A stretch of 46,517 nt of DNA from an uncultured Candidatus Saccharibacteria bacterium. Lineage in GTDB: Bacteria; Patescibacteriota; UBA1384; 2-12-FULL-50-11. The stretch lies in contig CAYHNZ010000004.1 in NCBI GenBank assembly GCA_964358205.1, positions 1 through 46,517 on the forward strand, in the 5' to 3' direction. Shown piece after piece: positions 17,772 to 27,186 of the stretch (the first letter of the stretch is position 1; the number at the start of each line of letters is the position of its first letter). A program made the position numbers and the translations under genes. The notes beneath the pieces were generated by a model that was not told the DNA's origin, ran no database searches, and worked only from the letters and a program-made list of their open reading frames with translations.

Positions 17772-19583
17772 ATGAAGATCAAAGAAATTCCAAAAATCGA
17801 TAGACCGCGAGAAAGATTTCTCAAAAAAGGCCCGGAAGCACTCTCAAAAAGTGATCTTTTGGCGATTTTGCTTGGAAGCGGGATAAGAGGCACGAATGTT
17901 CAAGAATTGTCTCAAAAAGTAATCAAAAAATTCGGTAAAAACTTTTTGACTATTACCGTTGACGATTTGCAAGAAGTCTCCGGAATCGGACAAGCAAAGG
18001 CGTTACAAATTGCGTCAGCAATTTCTTTGGTAAAGAGATTTTATGCAGACGATCAGACAAACGAAGTAAAAATCAGTAATTCTCAAGATGTGATCTCTTT
18101 AACTTACGATCTGAGAGATAAGAAAAAAGAGCATCTCGTTTGTCTGTATCTCAATGCAAGAAATATTCTTTTAAAAAAAGAAGTCATAAGTGTTGGACTT
18201 CTTGATAAGACGCTTCTGCACCCGAGAGAGATTTTTTATCCTGCAACGGAACTTAACGCCGCAAGTGTCATCCTTGTACACAATCATCCTTCTGGCGACT
18301 CAACACCAAGTGAGAAAGATGTTGAGATTGTTGAAAAAATCGCACAAGCAGGAGAAGTAATGGGAATTTCAGTTATTGATTTCGTTATCATCTCCGAAAA
18401 AGGAAATTATAGTTTTTATGAAAAGTTAAAAAATCAAGATAAAAGCTTTGGTTATGTTGCGGATGGAGTACAAGGAACGCTTTTTCACTTATTGGAAATT
18501 GAAAAACCGACCTATGAAGTCAGTGTACAAAAAATAGACAGACACTACTTCCAGCCACAAAAATCAAAAAGTGGGTATTTCCAGCTTCAAAACAGGAGAT
18601 ACCTGGGTAATAAATACAAATTGCTTGGATTTATCGAGGATATAATTTCTGAGAAATGTGGTTCAATCAATTCACTTTGCGATATTTTTGCGGGTACAGG
18701 CGTGGTTGGAGAAAGGTTCAACAGTCCAGAAATTAAAATTATTTCTAACGATTTTCTCTCGGCAAACTATGCTTGCTTGTGCGCATTTTTAGGAGTCGAT
18801 CGCGATATGCGACAAAGCATCTCTGAAAAGATATTATTTCTTAATAGTCTGTCGAATGACAAAGAAAATTATTTTTCCGAGCATTTTGGTGGAACATATT
18901 TCACAGAAGAAAATGCAATAAAGATTGGAGCAATACGCGCAGAGGTAGAAAAAATAGCAGAAAATGAGGATGAAAAAAATATTTTGATTTGTTCATTACT
19001 CTATGCTGTCGATAAGGTTGCTAATACTGTTGGCCATTACGATGCTTTTCGCAAACAATTAGACACGTTGCTACCTATGAGGCTTCTGATGCCCGATATT
19101 GATTATGCGCATAACACAGGTAATGAGATTTACAAAGAAGATGCGAATGATCTTATAAAAAAGATTTCTTTCGATGTTTTATATATTGATCCGCCATATA
19201 ACTCACGTCAATACTCGGACGCATACCACCTTTTGGAAAATCTTACCGAATGGAAGAAGCCCGAAGTTGTCGGTATCGGCAAAAAAATGGATCGCTCGCA
19301 TATCAAAAGTGATTACTGTCTTAAAGATGCGACGCGAGCATTTGCAGATTTAATCAAATACGCGGACTGCAAACACATCTTGCTTTCCTATAACAACACG
19401 GGGGATTCAAAAGACGGTCGTTCAAATGCACGAATGAATGATGATGAAATTTTACACATACTAAACGAGAAGGGCGAAGTCGAGATTTTCGAAAAGGATT
19501 ATAAGGCTTTTACAACAGGTAGGAGTAATGGAGAAGATAACGCGGAGCGCATCTTCTACTGTAAGGTAACAAAACAATTATGA
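17772..19583 (+). CDS. RadC (JAB/MPN) domain fused to a D12/FokI-type N6-adenine DNA methyltransferase
   Basis: N-half: DRPRERF..GPEALS..LLAILLGSG, HPREIF, HNHPSGD.TPS..D; C-half: RYLGNKYKL, DIFAGTG, YIDPPYN; no stop between; probable ATG 17772. Confidence 0.88.
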   Translation: MKIKEIPKIDRPRERFLKKGPEALSKSDLLAILLGSGIRGTNVQELSQKVIKKFGKNFLTITVDDLQEVSGIGQAKALQIASAISLVKRFYADDQTNEVKISNSQDVISLTYDLRDKKKEHLVCLYLNARNILLKKEVISVGLLDKTLLHPREIFYPATELNAASVILVHNHPSGDSTPSEKDVEIVEKIAQAGEVMGISVIDFVIISEKGNYSFYEKLKNQDKSFGYVADGVQGTLFHLLEIEKPTYEVSVQKIDRHYFQPQKSKSGYFQLQNRRYLGNKYKLLGFIEDIISEKCGSINSLCDIFAGTGVVGERFNSPEIKIISNDFLSANYACLCAFLGVDRDMRQSISEKILFLNSLSNDKENYFSEHFGGTYFTEENAIKIGAIRAEVEKIAENEDEKNILICSLLYAVDKVANTVGHYDAFRKQLDTLLPMRLLMPDIDYAHNTGNEIYKEDANDLIKKISFDVLYIDPPYNSRQYSDAYHLLENLTEWKKPEVVGIGKKMDRSHIKSDYCLKDATRAFADLIKYADCKHILLSYNNTGDSKDGRSNARMNDDEILHILNEKGEVEIFEKDYKAFTTGRSNGEDNAERIFYCKVTKQL

Positions 19584-21397
19584 AAAAACCTTGGTCAATC
19601 ACAACCACATTGCGAAACCCTGAGAGATTAAGAAATTTCTTGCAGGTTTTACGCAAACTTGAGGGCTTAGAGTGGAACCTTGAAAATCAAAAGAAATATC
19701 AGATCTTATTGATTCAAAATAGAATTTACGGCTACGGAAGTCGTCAGTTTTACAACGGACTTCCTCAAGAAAAGGTGGATTTGATTGATAATCAGTCAAA
19801 AGAAATTTCTTTTGAAGAAGCTGAGGAGATTTTCAATACAAAAAATTATGAAGATCCCGCAATGCGTGGAAGACAATCGATAAATCCTCTCAAGAAAATA
19901 GGACTGGTTTCAATAAAAGACAGTAAAGTATTCATAACTGATTTAGGAAAACTGTTCTTAAAAGATGACTTTGATTTTGGAGAAATCTTTTTTAGAAGTT
20001 TTTTGAAATGGCAGATACCGAACCCAGATAATCGAGATTACTCCACTAGCGGAGACTACGATATAAAACCATTTATTGGTACTTTGCATCTCATCAACAC
20101 TGTTAATGAAAAAGAAATTGCTCGAGGTAACAAGCCAAAAGGGATCAGTAAAAAAGAGTTCGCTCTTTTCGCACCAACTTTGGTGCATTATAAAGATATA
20201 AACGCACATGCTGAAAGAATCGTCGGTTTGCGAGAAGAATTACAAGGAAAGACAAAGCAAGAACAAAGAGAAATTTTTGATATTCACAAGAAGCAATTTG
20301 CCAGTGAGTTCTTGGGCGCTGATGATCAAGAAGAAATAGATGGTTTATTAAATAATCTGCAAGATTATGGAGATAACGCGATTCGCTACTTCCGCTTAAC
20401 TCGTTATATTCATATACGTGGTGGTGGTTTCTATATTGACTTAGAAGCAAGGAGATCAGTTGAAGTAGAATCACTGCTTGATTACGATAATGCACAATCG
20501 AAAGCATTTGGATCAAAGGAGGAATACCTTGCTTATATTTCTGACATCTCGCAACCTCAATTACCCTGGGAAACTTCAGAAAAATACTTTGAAATCATTG
20601 GAAAACTTATTGAAGAGATACGAGAGCATGAATGCGATCTACAAAAAGAACACACCGCAGTTAAAAAATATCAAGAAATGCAAAATGATGAGTTGAAAGA
20701 CTACATCGGAGAATTGCGAGCATATAGACGATCACTGCAAGACGAAGCAGATCACAGAAAATCTCAAACAGTTGAACAAATTGAAGCTTACATACAAAAT
20801 CTCGAAACTATTTTCGAATTTGATGATCGCCCGATACTACTTGAAAAATTATCGGCGCTCGGCTTGCATGCACTTAACGATGCATTGAAAATACAGCCGA
20901 ATTATCCCGTTGGTGATGATAACGAGCCGACCTTTACTGCGCCTGCGAACACTCCTGATATTGAATGCTTCTATGAAAACTTCAACGCAATTTGCGAAGT
21001 GACAATGCTGACTGGTCGAGATCAGTGGTACAACGAAGGGCAACCAGTCATGCGACACTTGAGAGATTTTGAAAATAAATATGAAAACAAGCCGTCCTAT
21101 TGTTTGTTTATCTCACCAAGATTACATAGAGATACAATGAATACTTTTTGGACTGCAATAAAATATGAATATGAAGGACGGCCACAAAAAATCATCCCCC
21201 TTTCTATCAATCATTTTGTTTTGATTTTAAAAGGTTTATTGCAGATGAAAGCAGAAAAGAGATTTTTGAAACACGAGGAAATTTCTCATCTTTACGAAAA
21301 AATACTGCATTCTTCGAATTCCTTCAACGACTCGGACGAATGGCTAAGGAGTATCCCAAGCACCATTTCATCATGGCAAGTAAGCCTTACTTCTTAA
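19580..21397 (+). CDS. AlwI-family type IIS restriction endonuclease
   Basis: KPWSITTTLRNPER N-terminus, FLKWQIPNP, catalytic PDIEC...CEVTM, EGQPVMRH; ATGA overlap with the MTase. Confidence 0.85.
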   Translation: MKKPWSITTTLRNPERLRNFLQVLRKLEGLEWNLENQKKYQILLIQNRIYGYGSRQFYNGLPQEKVDLIDNQSKEISFEEAEEIFNTKNYEDPAMRGRQSINPLKKIGLVSIKDSKVFITDLGKLFLKDDFDFGEIFFRSFLKWQIPNPDNRDYSTSGDYDIKPFIGTLHLINTVNEKEIARGNKPKGISKKEFALFAPTLVHYKDINAHAERIVGLREELQGKTKQEQREIFDIHKKQFASEFLGADDQEEIDGLLNNLQDYGDNAIRYFRLTRYIHIRGGGFYIDLEARRSVEVESLLDYDNAQSKAFGSKEEYLAYISDISQPQLPWETSEKYFEIIGKLIEEIREHECDLQKEHTAVKKYQEMQNDELKDYIGELRAYRRSLQDEADHRKSQTVEQIEAYIQNLETIFEFDDRPILLEKLSALGLHALNDALKIQPNYPVGDDNEPTFTAPANTPDIECFYENFNAICEVTMLTGRDQWYNEGQPVMRHLRDFENKYENKPSYCLFISPRLHRDTMNTFWTAIKYEYEGRPQKIIPLSINHFVLILKGLLQMKAEKRFLKHEEISHLYEKILHSSNSFNDSDEWLRSIPSTISSWQVSLTS

Positions 21398-21406
21398 ACA
21401 AAAAAT

Positions 21407-22174
21407 ATGAAAACAAATATTATCTACAACGGAGATTGCATCGAAATACTCAACAAGGAAGTAGATGAAAAATCCATTGACTTGATTTTTGCTGACCCGC
21501 CATACAATTTATCGGGAAATGGCTTGAAATGGAAAGGAAACAAGACAGGGGGCGACTGGTACATGGTAAATGAGCATTGGGATAAAATGACCGTTCCAGA
21601 ATATTTACAATTCACTCGAAAATGGATTGGTGCTTGCGATAGAGCCTTGAAGGACAAGGGATCAATTTACATCGCATGCAGTTACCACAATCTTAGCGAA
21701 GTAATGATCGTATTAAAACAACTCGATTTCAAGATCAACAACATCATTACTTGGTACAAAACAAATGCAATGCCAAATATGACAAGGCGGATATTTACTC
21801 ATTCTACGGAATTTGTTGTTTGGGCAGTAAGAGGAAGCGGCTGGACATTCAACTACGAAAAGATAAAAGAGATAAATCCCGATAAGCGAAAAGACGGAAG
21901 CCAAAAGCAAATGCGCGATCTTTGGGAGTTACCGCTCGTGCAAGGGAAGGAGAGATTAAGCGGTGATGACGGACGAGCATTGCATCCTACCCAAAAACCG
22001 GAAGAAATGCTCAAAAGAATTATTTTGGCTAGTTCAAATAAAGGAGAAGTTGTTCTTGATCCATTTTTGGGAAGTGGTACGACAACTTATGTAGCGAAAA
22101 AATATGGTCGAGATTGGATCGGAATTGAGCAAGATGAGGGATATGTAAGAATCGCCAAGCAAAGAATGAAATAA
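21407..22174 (+). CDS. beta-class N4-C/N6-A DNA methyltransferase
   Basis: FADPPY, HPTQKP, VLDPFLGSGTT. Confidence 0.92.
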   Translation: MKTNIIYNGDCIEILNKEVDEKSIDLIFADPPYNLSGNGLKWKGNKTGGDWYMVNEHWDKMTVPEYLQFTRKWIGACDRALKDKGSIYIACSYHNLSEVMIVLKQLDFKINNIITWYKTNAMPNMTRRIFTHSTEFVVWAVRGSGWTFNYEKIKEINPDKRKDGSQKQMRDLWELPLVQGKERLSGDDGRALHPTQKPEEMLKRIILASSNKGEVVLDPFLGSGTTTYVAKKYGRDWIGIEQDEGYVRIAKQRMK

Positions 22175-22462
22175 CAATATGAAGAATAGATACTCCGGGA
22201 CAAGTCCCAACAACGGGCTACTTTGTTAAAACTTTCACAGCTTAAACCCTGCTTCAGTACCGTTCTCTTTTTTCTTTAGATTTGCTAAAACCTAGTCGTG
22301 GGAATCGGACTGGCAATGTCCCCGCGAAAGCAGGAATAAACTTATCACATTTATCACATGCAAAAATAACAAACAATCAAAGAGGGGAACCGTCCCCTTT
22401 GTTTTAACCTTATAAGCTAGGCGCTTTGAGGTTATATCGACTGGTAGTATGCTACGGGAATA

Positions 22463-23956
22463 ATGAAACCGATCGTAGCACGCTTTCTTCTTTGTTTTTT
22501 TCTTACTCTCCTCGGTGCCTATATCTCCTGCCAGATTATTTCTAATGACTTAAATTTAAGTCCTCAGGAATTACAGAATGCTTTTATTGGGCTTGCTGCT
22601 TTATCGATACCTGTTCTGTGGAACGCTCACCAGAGAATTATCGCACTACGAGATAAGTCGGCGGATGGTTATGAAAAAATATTAAACACCCAGTTCTACG
22701 AGAAACTCTTAACAAAATTTGAGGTTGCGATCTTACTTCCGACGGCTTTCTTGGTCTTTGGCGGGTTACTCTTAGGAGGCCAAATTCTTGCCAGTCGCTT
22801 TTTGACAGTAACGGCTTTTACCGTGGCCATTCCCTATCTGCTAACCTTACATATTTGGTTTGATGTTCTGGAAAAGCTTACGGTAAAGAACCTCATATCT
22901 TTTATTGTCGACCTATCGCCAGACGATCCTCTTTTGCCCCAAGTATTTAAAGAAGTGTGGCAAAAAAGCGATGACGAGCTATTTGACAACGAAAAGGTAT
23001 ATCCTCGAACTTTGCTTGAACAGTTTATAGAAAAAATTGACCTAATGCTGACTCAAAATCACATTGATAGCACTGATGATATGGTTCAAAGCTTTTTGCA
23101 TAATTTCGACCAAAGAAGCCAAATCTTACGCTATGAGTACTATACCGTGACTAAAGCCCTGTTTAGGTGGCACAAAAAGATTTGGGAGCTAAGTGACGGA
23201 TTTAATAATGCCGACTACTTTACGCTCCGATTCTCGGTAGATAGTTTGCGAAGAGAAGTAAGGGGCCACTATTACTCTAATAGCTGGACTTACGAGTACT
23301 TCGGGAGTTTAAGCGATTTTATTAATCCTGAAACAGAGGCAAACAACTGGCAATACGTGAAAACATTTATGACTTCTGAGTTTAATGCCTTACTAGAAAG
23401 CCTTAATGAAATGAGTGACGCATATTCAGCTCTGGCTTTTGACTTTCCAAAGCATTGGAAAATTACATATGATCTTGAGACTAAACCAATCAGTAAGATA
23501 TTATTATTTACGTTCATTGGTTGGGCTCAGCATAAAATTCCGTCGCCTAAAAATTTCGATAAGGAGCTCGACCACGCAACTAGTGAGCTGTTTTCTGGCA
23601 CAGACCCGATGACCCTGAGTGACGCCTTAGATTTTATCTTTTCCCCTTGGGGCACTTCCAGAGTCGAGTCGTTTATAAAAAGGAGAAAAACATTCGGCCT
23701 TGCTAGCAATATACGGACGTTCTCCGGTGAGAATGGAGAACGGCAATGGGCGGAAGTATTAGATACTGAAAGAGAGACGACCCATAAACTGCTTATAAAG
23801 GTTTTTCCCGATGTCTTCTCGTCAACAGTATTAAGCCCTTTTCTCGCAGAAATCGCATCGTTGGAGAGCAGTAGCGAGCTGACTGAGATGGAGCAAATTA
23901 GGCTCCGCGACTTAAAGGGTCTTTTTACTGGAGTAGAATCTCAACTTGATGAGTAG
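22463..23956 (+). CDS. membrane protein with ~4 N-terminal TM helices and a large helical domain
   Basis: 497-aa ORF, hydrophobic segments in the first ~135 aa. Confidence 0.75.
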   Translation: MKPIVARFLLCFFLTLLGAYISCQIISNDLNLSPQELQNAFIGLAALSIPVLWNAHQRIIALRDKSADGYEKILNTQFYEKLLTKFEVAILLPTAFLVFGGLLLGGQILASRFLTVTAFTVAIPYLLTLHIWFDVLEKLTVKNLISFIVDLSPDDPLLPQVFKEVWQKSDDELFDNEKVYPRTLLEQFIEKIDLMLTQNHIDSTDDMVQSFLHNFDQRSQILRYEYYTVTKALFRWHKKIWELSDGFNNADYFTLRFSVDSLRREVRGHYYSNSWTYEYFGSLSDFINPETEANNWQYVKTFMTSEFNALLESLNEMSDAYSALAFDFPKHWKITYDLETKPISKILLFTFIGWAQHKIPSPKNFDKELDHATSELFSGTDPMTLSDALDFIFSPWGTSRVESFIKRRKTFGLASNIRTFSGENGERQWAEVLDTERETTHKLLIKVFPDVFSSTVLSPFLAEIASLESSSELTEMEQIRLRDLKGLFTGVESQLDE

Positions 23957-24647
23957 TGGCTCGCGGTTGTTTGATCAGGTGTTTGGCGCGCAACAATATG
24001 CTGACGATTTTGGTTGGTCACCTTCTTGGAACGCTGAAATTGACAAATGGCTGAACGAGTATCGGAAGTGTGATCCGCAACACTTTAATCGTCAGCTAAA
24101 CCGGCTCAAAAGGGACAAGCAGAGGGACGAATTACTTGCAGAGGCGAAGGCGGTTTTCTACTACAGCAAGAAGCTGAATTTCAAGATCACAGAAATTGAG
24201 CCAAAGGGCAAGGGCAGTAAAATGCTCGATTTTGCTTTCGACGACAAAAAAGGAAATCATTGGGTTGGCGAGGTAAAGTCACCTAATTGGAGAGGGGAGA
24301 TATGGAAGGACGATTCGATATCTGATGATGTAAAAAGACAACGAATGCTACAACCCCAACACATCAGTGGGGAGGCACGTTCATTTTCATTTGACGATGC
24401 GCTTGAAGACCCAATAATAAAGTCGATCCCTAAATTTGAGATTGGAAAAAACAATCTGCTAGTAATTGTGCCTAATATGTTTATTTCCATATTCGCAGGC
24501 CCCTTTATAGAGAGTAGGGTAAAGGATTTGCTAAAGCAGCATGATGCTCACGGTGTTATCTCTGCAGTTGCAATACTGGGGATTAGCCTACCCGTAGGGT
24601 CCACTGGATTTGATTATAGCTTCGGGCTTATAACACGGGACTACTAA
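23949..24647 (+). CDS. putative PD-(D/E)XK-fold nuclease
   Basis: LAEAK..MLDFAF...VGEVKSP motif pattern; start overlaps the upstream gene end. Confidence 0.6.
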   Translation: MSSGSRLFDQVFGAQQYADDFGWSPSWNAEIDKWLNEYRKCDPQHFNRQLNRLKRDKQRDELLAEAKAVFYYSKKLNFKITEIEPKGKGSKMLDFAFDDKKGNHWVGEVKSPNWRGEIWKDDSISDDVKRQRMLQPQHISGEARSFSFDDALEDPIIKSIPKFEIGKNNLLVIVPNMFISIFAGPFIESRVKDLLKQHDAHGVISAVAILGISLPVGSTGFDYSFGLITRDY

Positions 24648-24732
24648 GAGATGGTTCACCTTCGATCTGTTGATTCATGAATGTAGCTGACAACAGGTTG
24701 ATTCGCCAGATCGGCCGTGATCTAATCTGGTT

Positions 24733-25164
24733 ATGGCTGGTAATAAACTCTCTGGCGATGAGGGCGAATTAGAAGTCGTTGATTCTGTGCCTTGCCCGAA
24801 TTGCGGAAAAAAGTTGATGGTACTACCACCAAACTACCCGCTCTTTGATGTGCAATGCACCGGCTGTTCATTTCGCGCTCAAGTTAAAACCAACAACTCC
24901 AAACCAAAAAATATCATCTTTGGTGCCGGTTGGGACATTATGGAAAAAGTTTTGAAATCTGGCTTTATCACCCCGCCACTGATTGTCAATTTCAAATGGT
25001 CAGAGAAGGACAAGGAAAAACAAGAAATTCGATTCTATCCTTTCGTGCCGAAGCTGAATTTGAAAAAGCGATTTACAACCATAAAAAAATCAGGCCGAGA
25101 GCTTTGGATGTTTAATTATATTGGAATAGATAAACTGCCGCATTTCGTTGTCTACTCAAAATAA
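24733..25164 (+). CDS. DpnI/Dam-replacing-protein-like nuclease domain with Zn-binding Cys pairs
   Basis: CPNCG...NYPLFDVQCTGC...QVKT resembles the DpnI N-terminal catalytic domain; too short to include a winged-helix domain. Confidence 0.65.
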   Translation: MAGNKLSGDEGELEVVDSVPCPNCGKKLMVLPPNYPLFDVQCTGCSFRAQVKTNNSKPKNIIFGAGWDIMEKVLKSGFITPPLIVNFKWSEKDKEKQEIRFYPFVPKLNLKKRFTTIKKSGRELWMFNYIGIDKLPHFVVYSK

Positions 25165-25295
25165 TGCATAAACTTTCCCCATCAGATTTTGCGTCTTTAT
25201 ATGAGGAGTGCAAGCATTGCTACTGCTTGAAAATTAAAGAAAAAATTGGTCAGCCGAGTATGCCGATGCCGGGCGTGTTTTCGACGATGAAATAG
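25164..25295 (+). pseudogene. truncated 5' copy (43 aa) of the nuclease gene at 27187
   Basis: MHKLSPSDFASLYEECKHCYCLKIKEKIGQPSMPMPGVFSTMK*; 15 mismatches in 122 nt versus 27211-27332 by hand count. Confidence 0.9.
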
Positions 25296-25333
25296 CTCTT
25301 GACAGACCCGTACAAAAACCGAATGATGAATAT

Positions 25334-26188
25334 ATGGGTGATCGGAAATTAGGCAAAATTGCATTATTTGAAGGTCAAAAGATTCGTCGTCATTGGGACG
25401 AAGAAAAAGAGCTGTGGTTTTTTTCTATAGTCGATATAATTGCAGCTTTGACGCAAAGCTCTGATCATAAACAAGCACAGAGCTACTGGACCACACTGAA
25501 GAGTCGTCTTAAAGAGGAGGGTAGTGAGGTCGTCACAAAATGTGACCAACTGAAAATGCAGGCATCCGATGGCAAGTTTTATTTAACTGATGTAGCCGAT
25601 ACCCAAACTATGCTCCGCCTAATCCAATCCATTCCATCACCTAAAGCCGAGCCGTTCAAACTTTGGCTTGCCCGGGTCGGGTACGAAAGAATCGAAGAAA
25701 CTGAAGATCCAGAGATTGCCATCCAAAGAGCGCTAACTACCTACCTTAAAAAGGGGTATTCCAAAGCCTGGGTTGATCTGCGCCTTAAGAGTATCGAAAT
25801 TAGAAAAGATTTGGCCAATGAGTGGGAGGAACGGGGTGTGAAAACAAACGACGAATTCGCGATTCTAACCGACGACATTTCTTTTGCTTGGGCGGGATTA
25901 AAGACAAAAGACTACAAAAAATACAAGGATTTGAAAAAGGAAAGTCTGCGAGACAATATGACTAATTTGGAATTGGTGTTGAATATGTTAGCTGAAACTG
26001 CAACAACAGAAATCTCTAAAGCCCAGAAGCCAGAAACATTTCCTGAAAATCGACGAGTGGCTCGCAAGGGTGGAGGTATCGCCGGCAATGCCCGTAAGGA
26101 GATTGAGTCGACGACTGGTAAAAGAGTAATTAGTAAATACACTTTTAAAAAATCTCAAGAACAAAAAAAGCTGAAAGGCAAAGAATGA
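25334..26188 (+). CDS. Bro-N / phage antirepressor-like DNA-binding protein
   Basis: IRRHWDEEKELWFFSIVDII, DGKFYLTD, IQSIPSPKAEPFKLWLA, SLRDNMT; TTGACA at 25299. Confidence 0.8.
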   Translation: MGDRKLGKIALFEGQKIRRHWDEEKELWFFSIVDIIAALTQSSDHKQAQSYWTTLKSRLKEEGSEVVTKCDQLKMQASDGKFYLTDVADTQTMLRLIQSIPSPKAEPFKLWLARVGYERIEETEDPEIAIQRALTTYLKKGYSKAWVDLRLKSIEIRKDLANEWEERGVKTNDEFAILTDDISFAWAGLKTKDYKKYKDLKKESLRDNMTNLELVLNMLAETATTEISKAQKPETFPENRRVARKGGGIAGNARKEIESTTGKRVISKYTFKKSQEQKKLKGKE

Positions 26189-26217
26189 AGAAAACCTTTC
26201 CAGGGGAATTATATTCC

Positions 26218-26290
26218 ATAACCGTGAAAATCACTGTTTTTTTGTTGTTTTTCACGGTTATCTTGACAAAACAGTGAAAAAGACTACAAT
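26218..26290 (+). promoter_or_regulatory. inverted repeat plus promoter upstream of fic
   Basis: ATAACCGTGAAAA...TTTTCACGGTTAT (26218-26261); TTGACA 26263-26268, 16 bp, TACAAT 26285-26290. Confidence 0.65.
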
Positions 26291-26298
26291 TATCACCT

Positions 26299-27171
26299 AT
26301 GGCAAAGAAACAATCAGTTTTTAATAAGATCAGTTTTCTTCGGGAAAGATATTACAGGGCATCAACAGGCAAAGAGTCGCTAATTAAACTTATATCTGAA
26401 GCCGAGATAGCCGAGCAGGTCTACAACTCAAACGCTATTGAGAATAGCACTCTTACCCTCGAAGAAACTGAAAAAATCCTGCTGGCGATTGAGCTGGATC
26501 GTTTTATTAGTGAACGAGAAATTTTTGAAACCAAAAATCTGGCCCGAGTGGTTTCCTATATCGACATTAGAGCCAAAGAACAGGAAATGACGCTTGAGGT
26601 GATGCTGTCGTTGCATGAAATGTTAATTGCGAATATTCGGGATGATATTGCCGGAAGATTCAGGGCCGGTGACGAGTATGTTCGAGTCGGTAGCCATATC
26701 GCGCCGGCGCCAAAAGAGATACTGGAACGGCTCGAAAAAATGCTTGCAGAATATAATGCCAGCAGTCATGAAAATATTATCACTCGAATTGCGAAGTTGC
26801 ATTTAGTTTTTGAATACACCCACCCATTTATTGACGGTAACGGCCGCATCGGTCGGGTGCTGAATAACTATTTACTAATAAGGGAGGGCTTCGTCCCGAT
26901 CAACATCAAATTTATCGATCGAAAGAAATACTACAACGCCTTCAAAGAGTTTGATGAGGATGGGTCAACGGCCATTATGGAAGAGATTGTCGCCAAGGCA
27001 CTGACTAACAGCTACCACAAACGGCTAGCGTATTTGGAGGGAAAAAAGATCATTACTCTCTCTGATTACGGAAAGAGTAACAAAATCTCACACTCAAATT
27101 TAATCAACAAAGCTACTAGACAGACCATAGAAGCATTTTTAGAAAAAGGTGTTTGGAAAATTGGTGTTTGA
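26299..27171 (+). CDS. Fic family protein
   Basis: Canonical HPFIDGNGRIGR; N-terminal YNSNAIEN. Confidence 0.92.
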   Translation: MAKKQSVFNKISFLRERYYRASTGKESLIKLISEAEIAEQVYNSNAIENSTLTLEETEKILLAIELDRFISEREIFETKNLARVVSYIDIRAKEQEMTLEVMLSLHEMLIANIRDDIAGRFRAGDEYVRVGSHIAPAPKEILERLEKMLAEYNASSHENIITRIAKLHLVFEYTHPFIDGNGRIGRVLNNYLLIREGFVPINIKFIDRKKYYNAFKEFDEDGSTAIMEEIVAKALTNSYHKRLAYLEGKKIITLSDYGKSNKISHSNLINKATRQTIEAFLEKGVWKIGV

Positions 27172-27186
27172 ACGAAAAAGAATGCG

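Noticed and set aside
22176-22400. Possible structured RNA after the second MTase (CCTGCTT..AAGCAGG; GGGAC/GTCCC hairpins)
   Set aside because: Only short scattered pairings and no recognisable family
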